Shown here in pieces: positions 51,101 to 64,000 of a stretch of DNA of 64,000 nucleotides (position 1 is the stretch's first letter; each line of letters opens with the position of its first letter). Origin of the DNA: Phyllobates terribilis (Eukaryota); contig NW_027362767.1 of the NCBI RefSeq assembly GCF_046119375.1, positions 6,138,001-6,202,000 on the forward strand, read 5' to 3'. The position numbers were made by a program, and so were the translations under genes. The notes below the pieces were generated by a model. The model worked only from the letters and a program-made list of their open reading frames with translations, was not told the DNA's origin and did no database searches.

Positions 51101-54100
51101 ATTGACCAGTGGTCTTTTCTCCATATGACCCTGCTTGCTATCTTATTGACCAGTGGTCTTTTCTCCATATGACCCTGCTTGCTATCTTATTGACCAGTGG
51201 TCTTTTCTCCATATGACCCTGCTTGCTATATCTTATTGACCAGTGGTCTTTTCTCCATATGACCCTGCTTGCTATCTTAGTGACCAGTGGTCTTTTCTCC
51301 ATATGACCCTGCTTGCTATCTTATTAGCCAGTGGTCTTTCCTCCATATGACCCAGCTTGCTATCTTATTAGCCAGTGGTCTTTGCTCTATATGACCCTGC
51401 TTGCTATCTTATTAGCCAGTGGTCTTTCCTCCATATGACCCTGCTTGCTATATCTTATTGACCAGTGGTCTTTTCTCCATATGACTCTGCTTGCTATCTT
51501 ATTGACCAGTGGTCTTTTCTCCATATGACCCTGCTTGCTATATCTTATTGACCAGTGTTCTTTTCTCCATATGACCCTGCTTGCTATATCTTATTGACCA
51601 GTGGTCTTTCCTCAATATGACCCTGCTTGCTATCTTATTGACCAGTGGTCTTTCCTCCATATGACCCTGCTTGCTATATCTTATTATCCAGTGGTCTTTT
51701 CTCCATATGACCCTGCTTGCTATCTTATTGACCAGTGCTTTTTCCTCCATATGACCCTGCTTGCTATCTTATTGACCAGTGGTCTTTCCTCCATATGACC
51801 CTGCTTGCTATCTTATTGACCATTGGTCTTTCCTTCATATGACCCTGCTTGCTATATCTTATTGACCAGAGGTCTTTTCTCCATATGACCCTGCTTGCTA
51901 TATCTTATTGACCAGTGGTCTTTTCTCCATATGACCCTGCTTGCTATCTTATTAGCCAGTGGTCTTTTCTCCATATGACCCTGCTTGCTATCTTATTGAC
52001 CAGTGGTCTTTCCTCCATATGACCCTGCTTGCTATATCTTATTAGCCAGTGGTCTTTCCTCCATATGACCCTGCTTGCTATATCTTATTGACCAGTGGTC
52101 TTTTCTCCATATGACCCTGCTTGCTATATCTTATTGACCAGTGGTCTTTTCTCCATATGACCCTGCTTGCTATCTTATTAGCCAGTGGTCTTTTCTCCAT
52201 ATGACCCTGCTTGCCATCTTATTGACCAGTGGTCTTTCCTCCATATGACCATGCTTGCTATATCTTATTAGCCATTGGTCTTTCCTCCATATGACCCTGC
52301 TTGCTATATCTTATGGACCAGTGGTCTTTTCTCCATATGACCCTGCTTGCTATATCTTATTGACCAGTGGTCTTTCCTCCATATGACCCTGCTTGCTATC
52401 TTATTAGCCAGTGGTCTTTCCTCCATATGACTCTGCTTGCTATATCTTATTATCCAGTGGTCTTTTCTCCATATGACCCTGCTTGTTATCTTATTGACCA
52501 GTGCTTTTTCCTCCATATGACCCTGCTTGCTATCTTATTGACCAGTGGTCTTTTCTCCATATGACCCTGCTTGCTATCTTATTGACCAGTGGTCTTTTCT
52601 CCATATGACCCTGCTTGCTATCTTATTGACCAGTGGTCTTTTCTCCATATGACCCTGCTTGCTATATCTTATTGACCAGTGGTCTTTTCTCCATATGACC
52701 CTGCTTGCTATCTTATTGACCAGTGGTCTTTTCTCCATATGACCCTGCTTGCTATCTTATTGACCAGTGGTCTTTCCTCCATATGACCCTGCTTGCTATA
52801 TCTTATTAGCCAGTGGTCTTTCCTCCATATGACCCTGCTTGCTATATCTTATTGACCAGTGGTCTTTTCTCCATATGACCCTGCTTGCTATATCTTATTG
52901 ACCAGTGGTCTTTTCTCCATATGACCCTGCTTGCTATCTTATTAGCCAGTGGTCTTTTCTCCATATGACCCTGCTTGCCATCTTATTGACCAGTGGTCTT
53001 TCCTCCATATGACCCTGCTTGCTATATCTTATTAGCCAGTGGTCTTTCCTCCATATCACCCTGCTTGCTATATCTTATGGACCAGTGGTCTTTTCTCCAT
53101 ATGACCCTGCTTGCTATATCTTATTGACCAGTGGTCTTTCCTCCATATGACCCTGCTTGCTATCTTATTAGCCAGTGGTCTTTCCTCCATATGACTCTGC
53201 TTGCTATATCTTATTATCCAGTGGTTTTTCCTCCATATGACCCTGCTTGCTATCTTATTGACCAGTGCTTTTTCCTCCATATGACCCTGCTTGCTATCTT
53301 ATTGACCAGTGGTCTTTTCTCCATATGACCCTGCTTGCTATCTTATTGACCAGTGGTCTTTTCTCCATATGACCCTGCTTGCTATCTTATTGACCAGTGG
53401 TCTTTTCTCCATATGACCCTGCTTGCTATATCTTATTGACCAGTGGTCTTTTCTCCATATGACCCTGCTTGCTATCTTATTGACCAGTGGTCTTTTCTCC
53501 ATATGACCCTGCTTGCTATCTTATTAGCCAGTGGTTTTTCCTCCATATGACCCTGCTTGCTATCTTATTAGCCAGTGGTCTTTCCTCCATATGACCCTGC
53601 TTGCTATATCTTATTGACCAGTGGTCTTTTCTCCATATGACCCTGCTTGCTATCTTATTAGCCAGTGGTATTTCCTCCATATGACCCTGCTTGCTATATC
53701 TTATTGACCAGTGGTCTTTCCTCCATATGACCCTGCTTGCTATCTTATTAGCCAGTGGTCTTTCCTCCATATGACCCTGCTTGCTATATCTTATTGACCA
53801 GGGGTCTTTCCTCCATATGACCCTGCTTGCTATATCTTATTGACCAGTGGTCTTTTCTCCATATGACCCTGCTTGCTATCTTATTGACCAGTGGTCTTTT
53901 CTCCATATGACCCTGCTTGCTATATCTTATTGACCAGTGGTCTTTTCTCCATATGACCCTGCTTGCTATCTTATTGACCAGTGGTCTTTTCTCCATATGA
54001 CCCTGCTTGCTATATCTTATTGACCAGTGGTCTTTTCTCCATATGACCCTGCTTGCTATGTTATTGACCAGTGGTCTTTCCTCCATATGACCCTGCTTGC

Positions 54101-57100
54101 TATATCTTATTAGCCAGTGGTCTTTCCTCCATATGACTCTGCTTGCTATGTTATTGACCAGTGGTCTTTCCTCCATATGACCCTGCTTGCTATATCTTAT
54201 TAGCCAGTGGTCTTTCCTCTATATGACCCTGCTTGCTATATCTTATTGACCAGTGGTCTTTTCTCCATATGACCCTGCTTGCTATATCTTATTGACCAGT
54301 GGTCTTTCCTCCATATGACTCTGCTTGTTATGTTATTGACCAGTGGTCTTTTCTCCATATGACCCTGCTTGCTATCTTATTGACCAGTGGTCTTTTCTCC
54401 ATATGACCCTGCTTGCTATATCTTATTGACCAGTGGTCTTTTCTCCATATGACCCTGCTTGCTATCTTATTAGCCAGTGGTCTTTGCTCCATATGACCCT
54501 GCTTGCTATCTTATTAGCCAGTGGTCTTTCCTCCATATGACCCTGCTTGCTATATCTTATTGACCAGGGGTCTTTCCTCCATATGACCCTGCTTGCTATA
54601 TCTTATTGACCAGTGGTCTTTTCTCCATATGACCCTGCTTGCTATCTTATTGACCAGTGGTCTTTTCTCCATATGACCCTGCTTGCTATATCTTATTGAC
54701 CAGTGGTCTTTTCTCCATATGACCCTGCTTGCTATCTTATTGACCAGTGGTCTTTTCTCCATATGACCCTGCTTGCTATATCTTATTGACCAGTGGTCTT
54801 TTCTCCATATGACCCTGCTTGCTATATCTTATTGACCAGTGGTCTTTCCTCCATATGACCCTGCTTGCTATATCTTATTGACCAGGGGTCTTTCCTCCAT
54901 ATGACCCTGCTTGCTATATCTTATTGACCAGTGGTCTTTTCTCCATATGACCCTGCTTGCTATCTTATTGACCAGTGGTCTTTTCTCCATATGACCCTGC
55001 TTGCTATATCTTATTGACCAGTGGTCTTTTCTCCATATGACCCTGCTTGCTATCTTATTGACCAGTGGTCTTTTCTCCATATGACCCTGCTTGCTATATC
55101 TTATTGACCAGTGGTCTTTCCTCCATATGACCCTGCTTGCTATATCTTATTGACCAGTGGTCTTTTCTCCATATGACCCTGCTTGCTATCTTATTAGCCA
55201 GTGGTCTTTGCTCCATATGACCCTGCTTGCTATCTTATTAGCCAGTGGTCTTTCCTCCATATGACCCTGCGTGCTATATCTTATTGACCAGGGGTCTTTC
55301 CTCCATATGACCCTGCTTGCTATATCTTATTGACCAGTGGTCTTTTCTCCATATGACCCTGCTTGCTATCATATTGACCAGTGGTCTTTTCTCCATATGA
55401 CCCTGCTTGCTATATCTTATTGACCAGTGGTCTTTTCTCCATATGACCCTGCTTGCTATCTTATTGACCAGTGGTCTTTTCTCCATATGACCCTGCTTGC
55501 TATATCTTATTGACCAGTGGTCTTTTCTCCATATGACCTTGCTTGCTATGTTATTGACCAGTGGTCTTTCCTCCATATGACCCTGCTTGCTATATCTTAT
55601 TAGCCAGTGGTCTTTCCTCCATATGACTCTGCTTGCTATGTTATTGACCAGTGGTCTTTCCTCCATATGACCCTGCTTGCTATATCTTATTAGCCAGTGG
55701 TCTTTCCTCTATATGACCCTGCTTGCTATATCTTATTGACCAGTGGCCTTTTCTCCATATGACCCTGCTTGCTATATCTTATTGACCAGTGGTCTTTCCT
55801 CCATATGACTCTGCTTGTTATGTTATTGTCCAGTGGTCTTTTCTCCATATGACCCTGCTTGCTATCTTATTGACCAGTGGTCTTTTCTCCATATGACCCT
55901 GCTTGCTATCTTATTGACCAGTGGTCTTTTCTCCATATGACCCTGCTTGCTATATCTTATTGACCAGGGGTCTTTTCTCCATATGACCCTGCTTGCTATC
56001 TTATTGACCAGTTGTCTTTTCTCCATATGACCCTGCTTGCTATATCTTATTGACCAGTGGTCTTTTCTCCATATGACCCTGCTTGCTATGTTATTGACCA
56101 GTGGTCTTTCCTCCATATGACCCTGCTTGCTATATCTTATTGACCAGTGGTCTTTTCTCCATATGACCCTGCTTGCTATATCTTATTGACCAGTGGTCTT
56201 TTCTCCATATGACCCTGCTTGCTATGTTATTGACCAGTGGTCTTTCCTCCATATGACCCTGCTTGCTATATCTTATTGACCAGGGGTCTTTTCTCCATAT
56301 GACCCTGCTTGCTATCTTATTGACCAGTGGTCTTTCCTCCATATGACCCTGCTTGCTATATCTTATTGACCAGGGGTCTTTTCTCCATATGACCCTGCTT
56401 GCTATCTTATTGACCAGTTGTCTTTTCTCCATATGACCCTGCTTGCTATATCTTATTGACCAGTGGTCTTTTCTCCATATGACCCTGCTTGCTATGTTAT
56501 TGACCAGTGGTCTTTCCTCCATATGACCCTGCTTGCTATATCTTATTAGCCAGTGGTCTTTTCTCCATATGACCCTGCTTGCTATGTTATTGACCAGTGG
56601 TCTTTCCTCCATATGACCCTGCTTGCTATATCTTATTGACCAGTGGTCTTTTCTCCATATGACCCTGCTTGCTATATCTTATTGACCAGTGCTCTTTTCT
56701 CCATATGACCCAGCTTGCTATCTTATTAGCCAGTGGTCTTTCCTCCATATGACCCTACTTGCTATATCTTATTGACCAGTGGTCTTTTCTCCATATGACC
56801 CTGCTTGCTATATCTTATTGACCAGTGGTCTTTCCTCCATATGACTCTGCTTGCTATGTTATTGACCAGTGGTCTTTTCTCCATATGACCCTGCTTGCTA
56901 TCTTATTGACCTGTGGTCTTTTCTCCATATGACCCTGCTTGCTATCTTATTGACCAGTGGTCTTTCCTCCATATGACCCTGCTTGCTATCTTATTAGCCA
57001 GTAGTCTTTCCTCCATATGACTCTGCTTGCTATGTTATTGACCAGTGGTCTTTTCTCCATATGACCCTGCTTGCTATATTATTGACCAGTGGCCTTTTCT

Positions 57101-60100
57101 CCATATGACCCTGCTTGCTATCTTATTGACCAGTGGTCTTTTCTCCATATGACCCTGCTTGCTATATCTTATTGACCAGTGGTCTTTCCTCCATATGACC
57201 CTGCTTGCTATCTTATTAGCCAGTGGTCTTTCCTCCATATGACTCTGCTTGCTATCTTATTATCCAGTGGTCTTTTCTCCATATGACCCTGCTTGCTATC
57301 TTATTAGCCAGTGGTCTTTCCTCCATATGACCCTGCTTGCTATATCTTATTGACCAGTGGTCTTTTCTCCATATGACCCTGCTTGCTATCTTATTAGCCA
57401 GTGGTCTTTTCTCCATATGACCCTGCTTGCTATGTTATTGACCAGTGGTCTTTCCTCCATATGACCCTGCTTGCTATATCTTATTGACCAGTGGTCTTTT
57501 CTCCATATGACCCTGCTTGCTATATCTTATTGACCAGTGCTCTTTTCTCCATATGACCCAGCTTGCTATCTTATTAGCCAGTGGTCTTTCCTCCATATGA
57601 CCCTACTTGCTATATCTTATTGACCAGTGGTCTTTTCTCCATATGACCCTGCTTGCTATATCTTATTGACCAGTGGTCTTTCCTCCATATGACTCTGCTT
57701 GCTATGTTATTGACCAGTGGTCTTTTCTCCATATGACCCTGCTTGCTATCTTATTGACCTGTGGTCTTTTCTCCATATGACCCTGCTTGCTATCTTATTG
57801 ACCAGTGCTTTTTCCTCCATATGACCCTGCTTGCTATCTTTTTGACCAGTGGTCTTTTCTCCATATGACCCTGCTTGCTATCTTATTGACCAGTGGTCTT
57901 TTCTCCATATGACCCTGCTTGCTATCTTATTGACCAGTGGTCTTTTCTCCATATGACCCTGCTTGCTATATCTTATTGACCAGTGGTCTTTTCTCCATAT
58001 GACCCTGCTTGCTATCTTATTGACCAGTGGTCTTTTCTCCATATGACCCTGCTTGCTATATCTTATTGACCAGTGGTCTTTTCTCCATATGACCCTGCTT
58101 GCTATCTTATTAGCCAGTGGTATTTCCTCCATATGACCCTGCCTGCTATCTTATTAGCCAGTGGTCTTTCCTCCATATGACCCTGCTTGCTATATCTTAT
58201 TGACCAGGGGTCTTTCCTCCATATGACCCTGCTTGCTATATCTTATTGACCAGTGGTCTTTTCTCCATATGACCCTGCTTGCTATCTTATTGACCAGTGA
58301 TCTTTTCTCCATATGACCCTGCTTGCTATATCTTATTGACCAGTGGTCTTTTCTCCATATGACCCTGCTTACTATCTTATTGACCAGTGGTCTTTTCTCC
58401 ATATGACCCTGCTTGCTATCTTATTAGCCAATGGTCTTTCCTCCATATGACCCTGCTTGCTATATCTTATTGACCAGTGGTCTTTCCTCCATATGACCCT
58501 GCTTGCTATCTTATTGACCAGTGGTATTTTCTCCATATGACCCTGCTTGCTATATCTTATTGACAAATGGTCTTTCCTCCATATGACCCTGCTTGCTATC
58601 TTATTATCCAGTGGTCTTTCCTCCATATGACCCTGCTTGCTATATCTTATTGACCAGTGGTCTTTCCTCCATATGACCCTGCTTGCTATCTTATTGACCA
58701 GTGGTATTTTCTCCATATGACCCTGCTTGCTATCTTATTGACCAGTGGTCTTTCCTCCATATGACCCTGGTTGCTATATCTTATTGACCAGTGCTCTTTT
58801 CTCCATATGACCCTGCTTGCTATCTTATTAGCCAGTGGTCTTTCCTCCATATGACCCTACTTGCTACATCTTATTAACCAGTGGTCTTTTCTCCATATGA
58901 CCCTGCTTGCTATATCTTATTGACCAGTGGTCTTTCCTCCATATGACTCTGCTTGCTATGTTATTGACCAGTGGTCTTTTCTCCATATGACCCTGCTTGC
59001 TATCTTATTGACCAGTGGTCTTTTTTCCATATGACCCTGCTTGCTATCTTATTGACCAGTGGTCTTTCCTCCATATGACCCTGCTTGCTATCTTATTAGC
59101 CAGTGGTCTTTCCTCCATATGACTCTGCTTGCTATGTTATTGACCAGTGGTCTTTTCTCCATATGACCCTGCTTGCTATATTATTGACCAGTGGCCTTTT
59201 CTCCATATGACCCTGCTTGCTATCTTATTGACCAGTGGTCTTTTCTCCATATGACCCTGCTTGCTATCTTATTGACCAGTGGTCTTTTCTCCACATGACC
59301 CTGCTTGCTATATCTTATTGACCAGTGGTCTTTTCTCCATATGACCCTGCTTGCTATCTTATTAGCCAGTGGTATTTCCTCCATATGACCCTGCCTGCTA
59401 TCTTATTAGCCAGTGGTCTTTCCTCCATATGACCCTGCTTGCTATATCTTATTGACCAGGGGTCTTTCCTCCATATGACCCTGCTTGCTATATCTTATTG
59501 ACCAGTGGTCTTTTCTCCATATGACCCTGCTTGCTATCTTATTGACCAGTGATCTTTTCTCCATATGACCCTGCTTGCTATATCTTATTGACCAGTGGTC
59601 TTTTCTCCATATGACCCTGCTTACTATCTTATTGACCAGTGGTCTTTTCTCCATATGACCCTGCTTGCTATCTTATTAGCCAATGGTCTTTCCTCCATAT
59701 GACCCTGCTTGCTATATCTTATTGACCAGTGGTCTTTCCTCCATATGACCCTGCTTGCTATCTTATTAGCCAGTGGTCTTTCCTCCATATGACCCTGCTT
59801 GCTATCTTATTGACCAGTGGTATTTTCTCCATATGACCCTGCTTGCTATATCTTATTGACAAGTGGTCTTTCCTCCATATGACCCTGCTTGCTATCTTAT
59901 TATCCAGTGGTCTTTCCTCCATATGACCCTGCTTGCTATATCTTATTGACCAGTGGTCTTTCCTCCATATGACCCTGCTTGCTATCTTATTGACCAGTGG
60001 TATTTTCTCCATATGACCCTGCTTGCTATCTTATTGACCAGTGGTCTTTCCTCCATATGACCCTGGTTGCTATATCTTATTGACCTGTGGTCTTTTCTCC

Positions 60101-63100
60101 ATATGACCCTGCTTGCTATCTTATTGACCAATGGTCTTTTCTCCATATGACCCTGCTTGCTATCTTATTAGCCAGCGGTATTTCCTCCATATGACCCTGC
60201 TTGCTATTTTATTGACCAGTGGTCTTTCCTCCATATGACCCTGCTTGCTATCTTATTGACCAGTGGTCTTTTCTCCATATGACCCTGCTTGCTATCTTAT
60301 TGACCAGTGGTCTTTCCTCCATATGACCCTGCTTGCTATCTTATTGACCAGTGGTCTTTTCTCCATATGACCCTGCTTGCTATATCTTATTGACCAGTGG
60401 TCTTTTCTCCATATGACCCTGCTTGCTATCTTATTGACCAGTGGTCTTTTCTCCATATTACCCTGCTTGCTATCTTATTAGCCAGTGGTCTTTCCTCCAT
60501 ATGACCCTGCTTGCTATCTTATTGATCAGTGGTCTTTCCTCCATATGACCCTGCTTGCTATCTTATTGACCAGTGGTCTTTCCTCCATATGACCCTGCTT
60601 GCTATATCTTATTGACCAGTGGTCTTTCCTCCATATGACCCTGCTTGCTATATCTTATTGACCAGTGGTCTTTCCTCCATATGACCCTGCTTGCTATCTT
60701 ATTGACAAGTGGTCTTTTCTCCATATGACCCTGCTTGCTATCTTATTGACCAGTGGTCTTTCCTCCATATGACCCTGCTTGCTATATCTTATTAGCCAGT
60801 GGTCTTTCCTCCATATGACCCTGCTTGCTATATCTTATTGACCTGTGGTATTTTCTCCATATGACCCTGCTTGCTATATCTTATTGACCAGTGGTCTTTG
60901 CTCCATATGACCCTGCTTGCTATCTTATTATCCAGTGGTCTTTCCTCCATATGACCCTGCTTGCTATATCTTATTGACCAGTGGTCTTTCCTCCATATGA
61001 CCCTGCTTGCTATCTTATTGACCAGTGGTATTTTCTCCATATGACCCTGCTTGCTATCTTATTGACCAGTGGTCTTTCCTCCATATGACCCTCCTTGCTA
61101 TATCTTATTGACCAGTGGTCTTTTCTCCACATGACCCTGCTTGCTATCTTATTGACCAGTGGTCTTTTCTCCATATGACCCTGCTTGCTATATCTTATTG
61201 ACCAGTGGTCTTTCCTCCATATGACCCTGCTTGCTATCTCATTGACCAGTGGTCTTTTCTCCATATGACCCTGCTTGCTATATCTTATTGACCAGTGGTC
61301 TTTTCTCCATATGACCCTGCTTGCTATCTTATTAGCCAGTGGTATTTCCTCCATATGATCCTGCTTGCTACCTTATTGGCCAGTGGTCTTTTCTCCATAT
61401 GACCCTTCTTGCTATATCTTATTGACCAGTGGTCTTTTCTCCATATGACCCTGCTTGCTATCTTATTGACCAGTGGTCTTTTCTCCATATGACCCTGCTT
61501 GCTATCTTATTAGCCAGTGGTCTTTCCTCCATATGACCCTGCTTGCTATCTTATTGATCAGTGGTCTTTTCTCCATATGACCCTGCTTGCTATATCTTAT
61601 TGACCAGTGGTCTTTCCTCCATATGACCCTGCTTGCTATCTTATTGACCAGTGGTCTTTTCTCCATTTGACCCTGCTTGCTATCTTATTGACCAGTGGTC
61701 TTTTCTCCATATGACCCTGCTTGCTATCTTACTGACCAGTGGTCTTTTCTCCATATGACCCTGCTTACTATCTTATTAGCCAGTGGTCTTTCCTCCATAT
61801 GACCCTGCTTGCTATCTTATTGACCAGTGGTATTTTCTCCATATGACCCTGCTTGCTATATCTTATTGACCAGGGGTCTTTCCTCCATATGACCCTGCTT
61901 GCTATCTTATTGACCAGTGGTCTTTTCTCCATTTGACCCTGCTTGCTATCTTATTGACCAGTGGTATTTTCTCCATATGACCCTGCTTGCTATATCTTAT
62001 TGACCAGGGGTCTTTCCTCCATATGACCCTGCTTGCTATCTTATTATCCAGTGGTCTTTCCTCCATATGACCCTGCTTGCTATATCTTATTGACCAGTGG
62101 TCTTTCCTCCATATGACCCTGCTTGCTATCTTATTGACCAGTGGTCTTTTCTCCATATGACCCTGCATGCTATATCTTATTGACCAGTGGTCTTTTCTCC
62201 ATATGACCCTGCTTGCTATATCTTATTGACCAGTGGTCTTTCCTCCATATGACCCTTCTTGCTATCTTATTGACCAGTGGTATTTCCTCCATATGACCCT
62301 GCTTGCTATCTTATTGACCAGTGGTCTTTTCTCCATATGACCCTGCTTGCTATATCTTATTGACCAGTGGTCTTTCCTCTATATGACCCTGCTTGCTATC
62401 TTATTGACCAGTGGTCTTTTCTCCATATGACCCTGCTTGCTATATCTTATTGACCAGTGGTCTTTTCTCCATATGACCCTGCTTGCTATCTTATTAGCCA
62501 GTGGTCTTTCCTCCATATGACCCTGCTTGCTATCTTATTAGCCAGTGGTCTTTCCTCCATATGACCCTCCTTGCTATCTTATTGACCAGTGGTCTTTTCT
62601 CCATATGACCCTGCTTGCTATCTTATTGACAAGTGGTCTTTCCTCCATATGACACTGCTTGCTATCTTATTAGCCAGTGGTCTTTCCTCCATATGACCCT
62701 GCTTGCTATATCTTATTAGCCAGTGGTCTTTCCGCCATATGACCCTGCTTGCTATATCTTATTGACCAGTGGTCTTTTCTCCATATGACCCTGCTTGCTA
62801 TCTTATTAGCCAGTGGTCTTTCCTCCATATGACTCTGCTTGCTATGTTATTGACCAGTGGTCTTTTCTCCATATGACCCTGCTTGCTATCTTATTGACCA
62901 GTGGCCTTTTCTCCATATGACCCTGCTTGCTATCTTATTGACCAGTGGTCTTTTCTCCATATGACCCTGCTTGCTATCTTATTGACCAGTGGTCTTTTCT
63001 CCATATGACCCTGCTTGCTATATCTTATTGACCAGTGGTCTTTTCTCCATATGACCCTGCTTGCTATCTTATTGATCAGTGGTCTTTTCTCCATATGACC

Positions 63101-64000
63101 CTGCTTGCTATATCTTATTGACCAGTGGTCTTTCCTCCATATGACCCTGCTTGCTATCTTATTGACCAGTGGTCTTTTCTCCATATGACCCTGCTTGCTT
63201 TCTTATTGACCAGTGGTCTTTTCTCCATATGACCCTGCTTGCTATCTTACTGACCAGTGGTCTTTTCTCCATATGACCCTGCTTGCTATCTTATTAGCCA
63301 GTGGTCTTTTCTCCATATGACCCTGCTTGCTATATCTTATTGACCAGTGGTCTTTCCTCCATATGACCCTGCTTACTATCTTATTAGCCAGTGGTCTTTC
63401 CTCCATATGACCCTGCTTGCTATCTTATTGACCAGTGGTATTTTCTCCATATGACCCTGCTTGCTATATCTTATTGACCAGTGGTCTTTTCTCCATATGA
63501 CCCTTCTTGCTATCTTATTAGCCAGTGGTCTTTACTCCATATGACCCTGCTTGCTATCTTATTAGCCAGTGGTCTTTCCTCCATATGACCCTCCTTGCTA
63601 TATCTTATTGACCAGTGGTCTTTCCTCCATATGACCCTGCTTACTATATCTTATTGACCAGTGGTCTTTTCTCCATATGACCCTGCTTGCTATCTTATTA
63701 GCCAGTGGTCTTTTCTCCATATGACCCTGCTTGCTATCTTATTAGCCAGTGGTCTTTCCTCCATATGACCCTCCTTGCTATATCTTATTGACCAGTGGTC
63801 TTTCCTCCATATGACCCTGCTTACTATATCTTATTGACCAGTGGTCTTTTCTCCATATGACCCTGCTTGCTATCTTATTAGCCAGTGGTCTTTTCTCCAT
63901 ATGACCCTACTTGCTATATCTTATTGACCAGTGGTCTTTTCTCCATATGACCCTGCTTGCTATCTTATTAGCCAGTGGTCTTTCCTCCATATGACCCTGC
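15148..64000. repeat. Satellite DNA array, 44/46-bp monomer (ta)tatcttatt[ga/ag]ccagtggtcttt[t/c]ctccatatgaccctgcttgc, roughly 1,090 copies, continues past the window
   Basis: Continuous head-to-tail monomers in one orientation, with no insertion or inversion seen. The 44-bp consensus is 43% GC and 68% pyrimidine on + and has no CpG. Confidence 0.99.

Noticed and set aside
15953-63184. Dozens of ORFs with 30-aa repeats (MEKRPLVNKIASRVIWRKDHWSIRYSKQGH and MVFPQYDPACYLIDQW...)
   Set aside because: A 44+46 bp pair is 90 bp or 30 codons, so frames stay open wherever the two lengths alternate and close when they do not. This is an arithmetic by-product of the satellite with no gene structure.
3703-64000. 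CRISPR-like appearance of the 35-bp and 44/46-bp repeats
   Set aside because: Units are head-to-tail with no unique spacers, there are no cas genes, and the context is eukaryotic.
15148-64000. Calling the large satellite centromeric, or ribozyme-encoding like newt satellite 2
   Set aside because: Sequence alone cannot show centromere function, and neither strand of the monomer contains a hammerhead core.

Overview
Non-coding, repeat-dominated eukaryotic DNA. An anuran (frog) genome is the likely source, inferred from TTAA-flanked T2/Kolobok-type MITEs, short hAT MITEs and a 41-bp repeat resembling ones I associate with frog assemblies. Bases 1-15147 are a mosaic of four tandem arrays (about 59, 35, 41 and 20 bp units), non-autonomous DNA transposons (hAT, PIF/Harbinger-like, T2/Kolobok), a possible solo LTR, and two fold-back elements that each enclose a minimal type I hammerhead-ribozyme-like motif. 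From 15148 to the window end (about 48.9 kb, roughly 1,090 monomers) is one uninterrupted 44/46-bp satellite with nested higher-order duplications. No protein-coding gene, rRNA, tRNA or CRISPR array is supported. All ORFs in the 35-bp array and beyond 15.1 kb are translations of tandem repeats. The best leads are the fold-back plus hammerhead units, the 35-bp array carrying a perfect CREB3/XBP1-type site in most units, and the three-switch variant structure of the large satellite. All coordinates and counts were read by eye and need computational confirmation.
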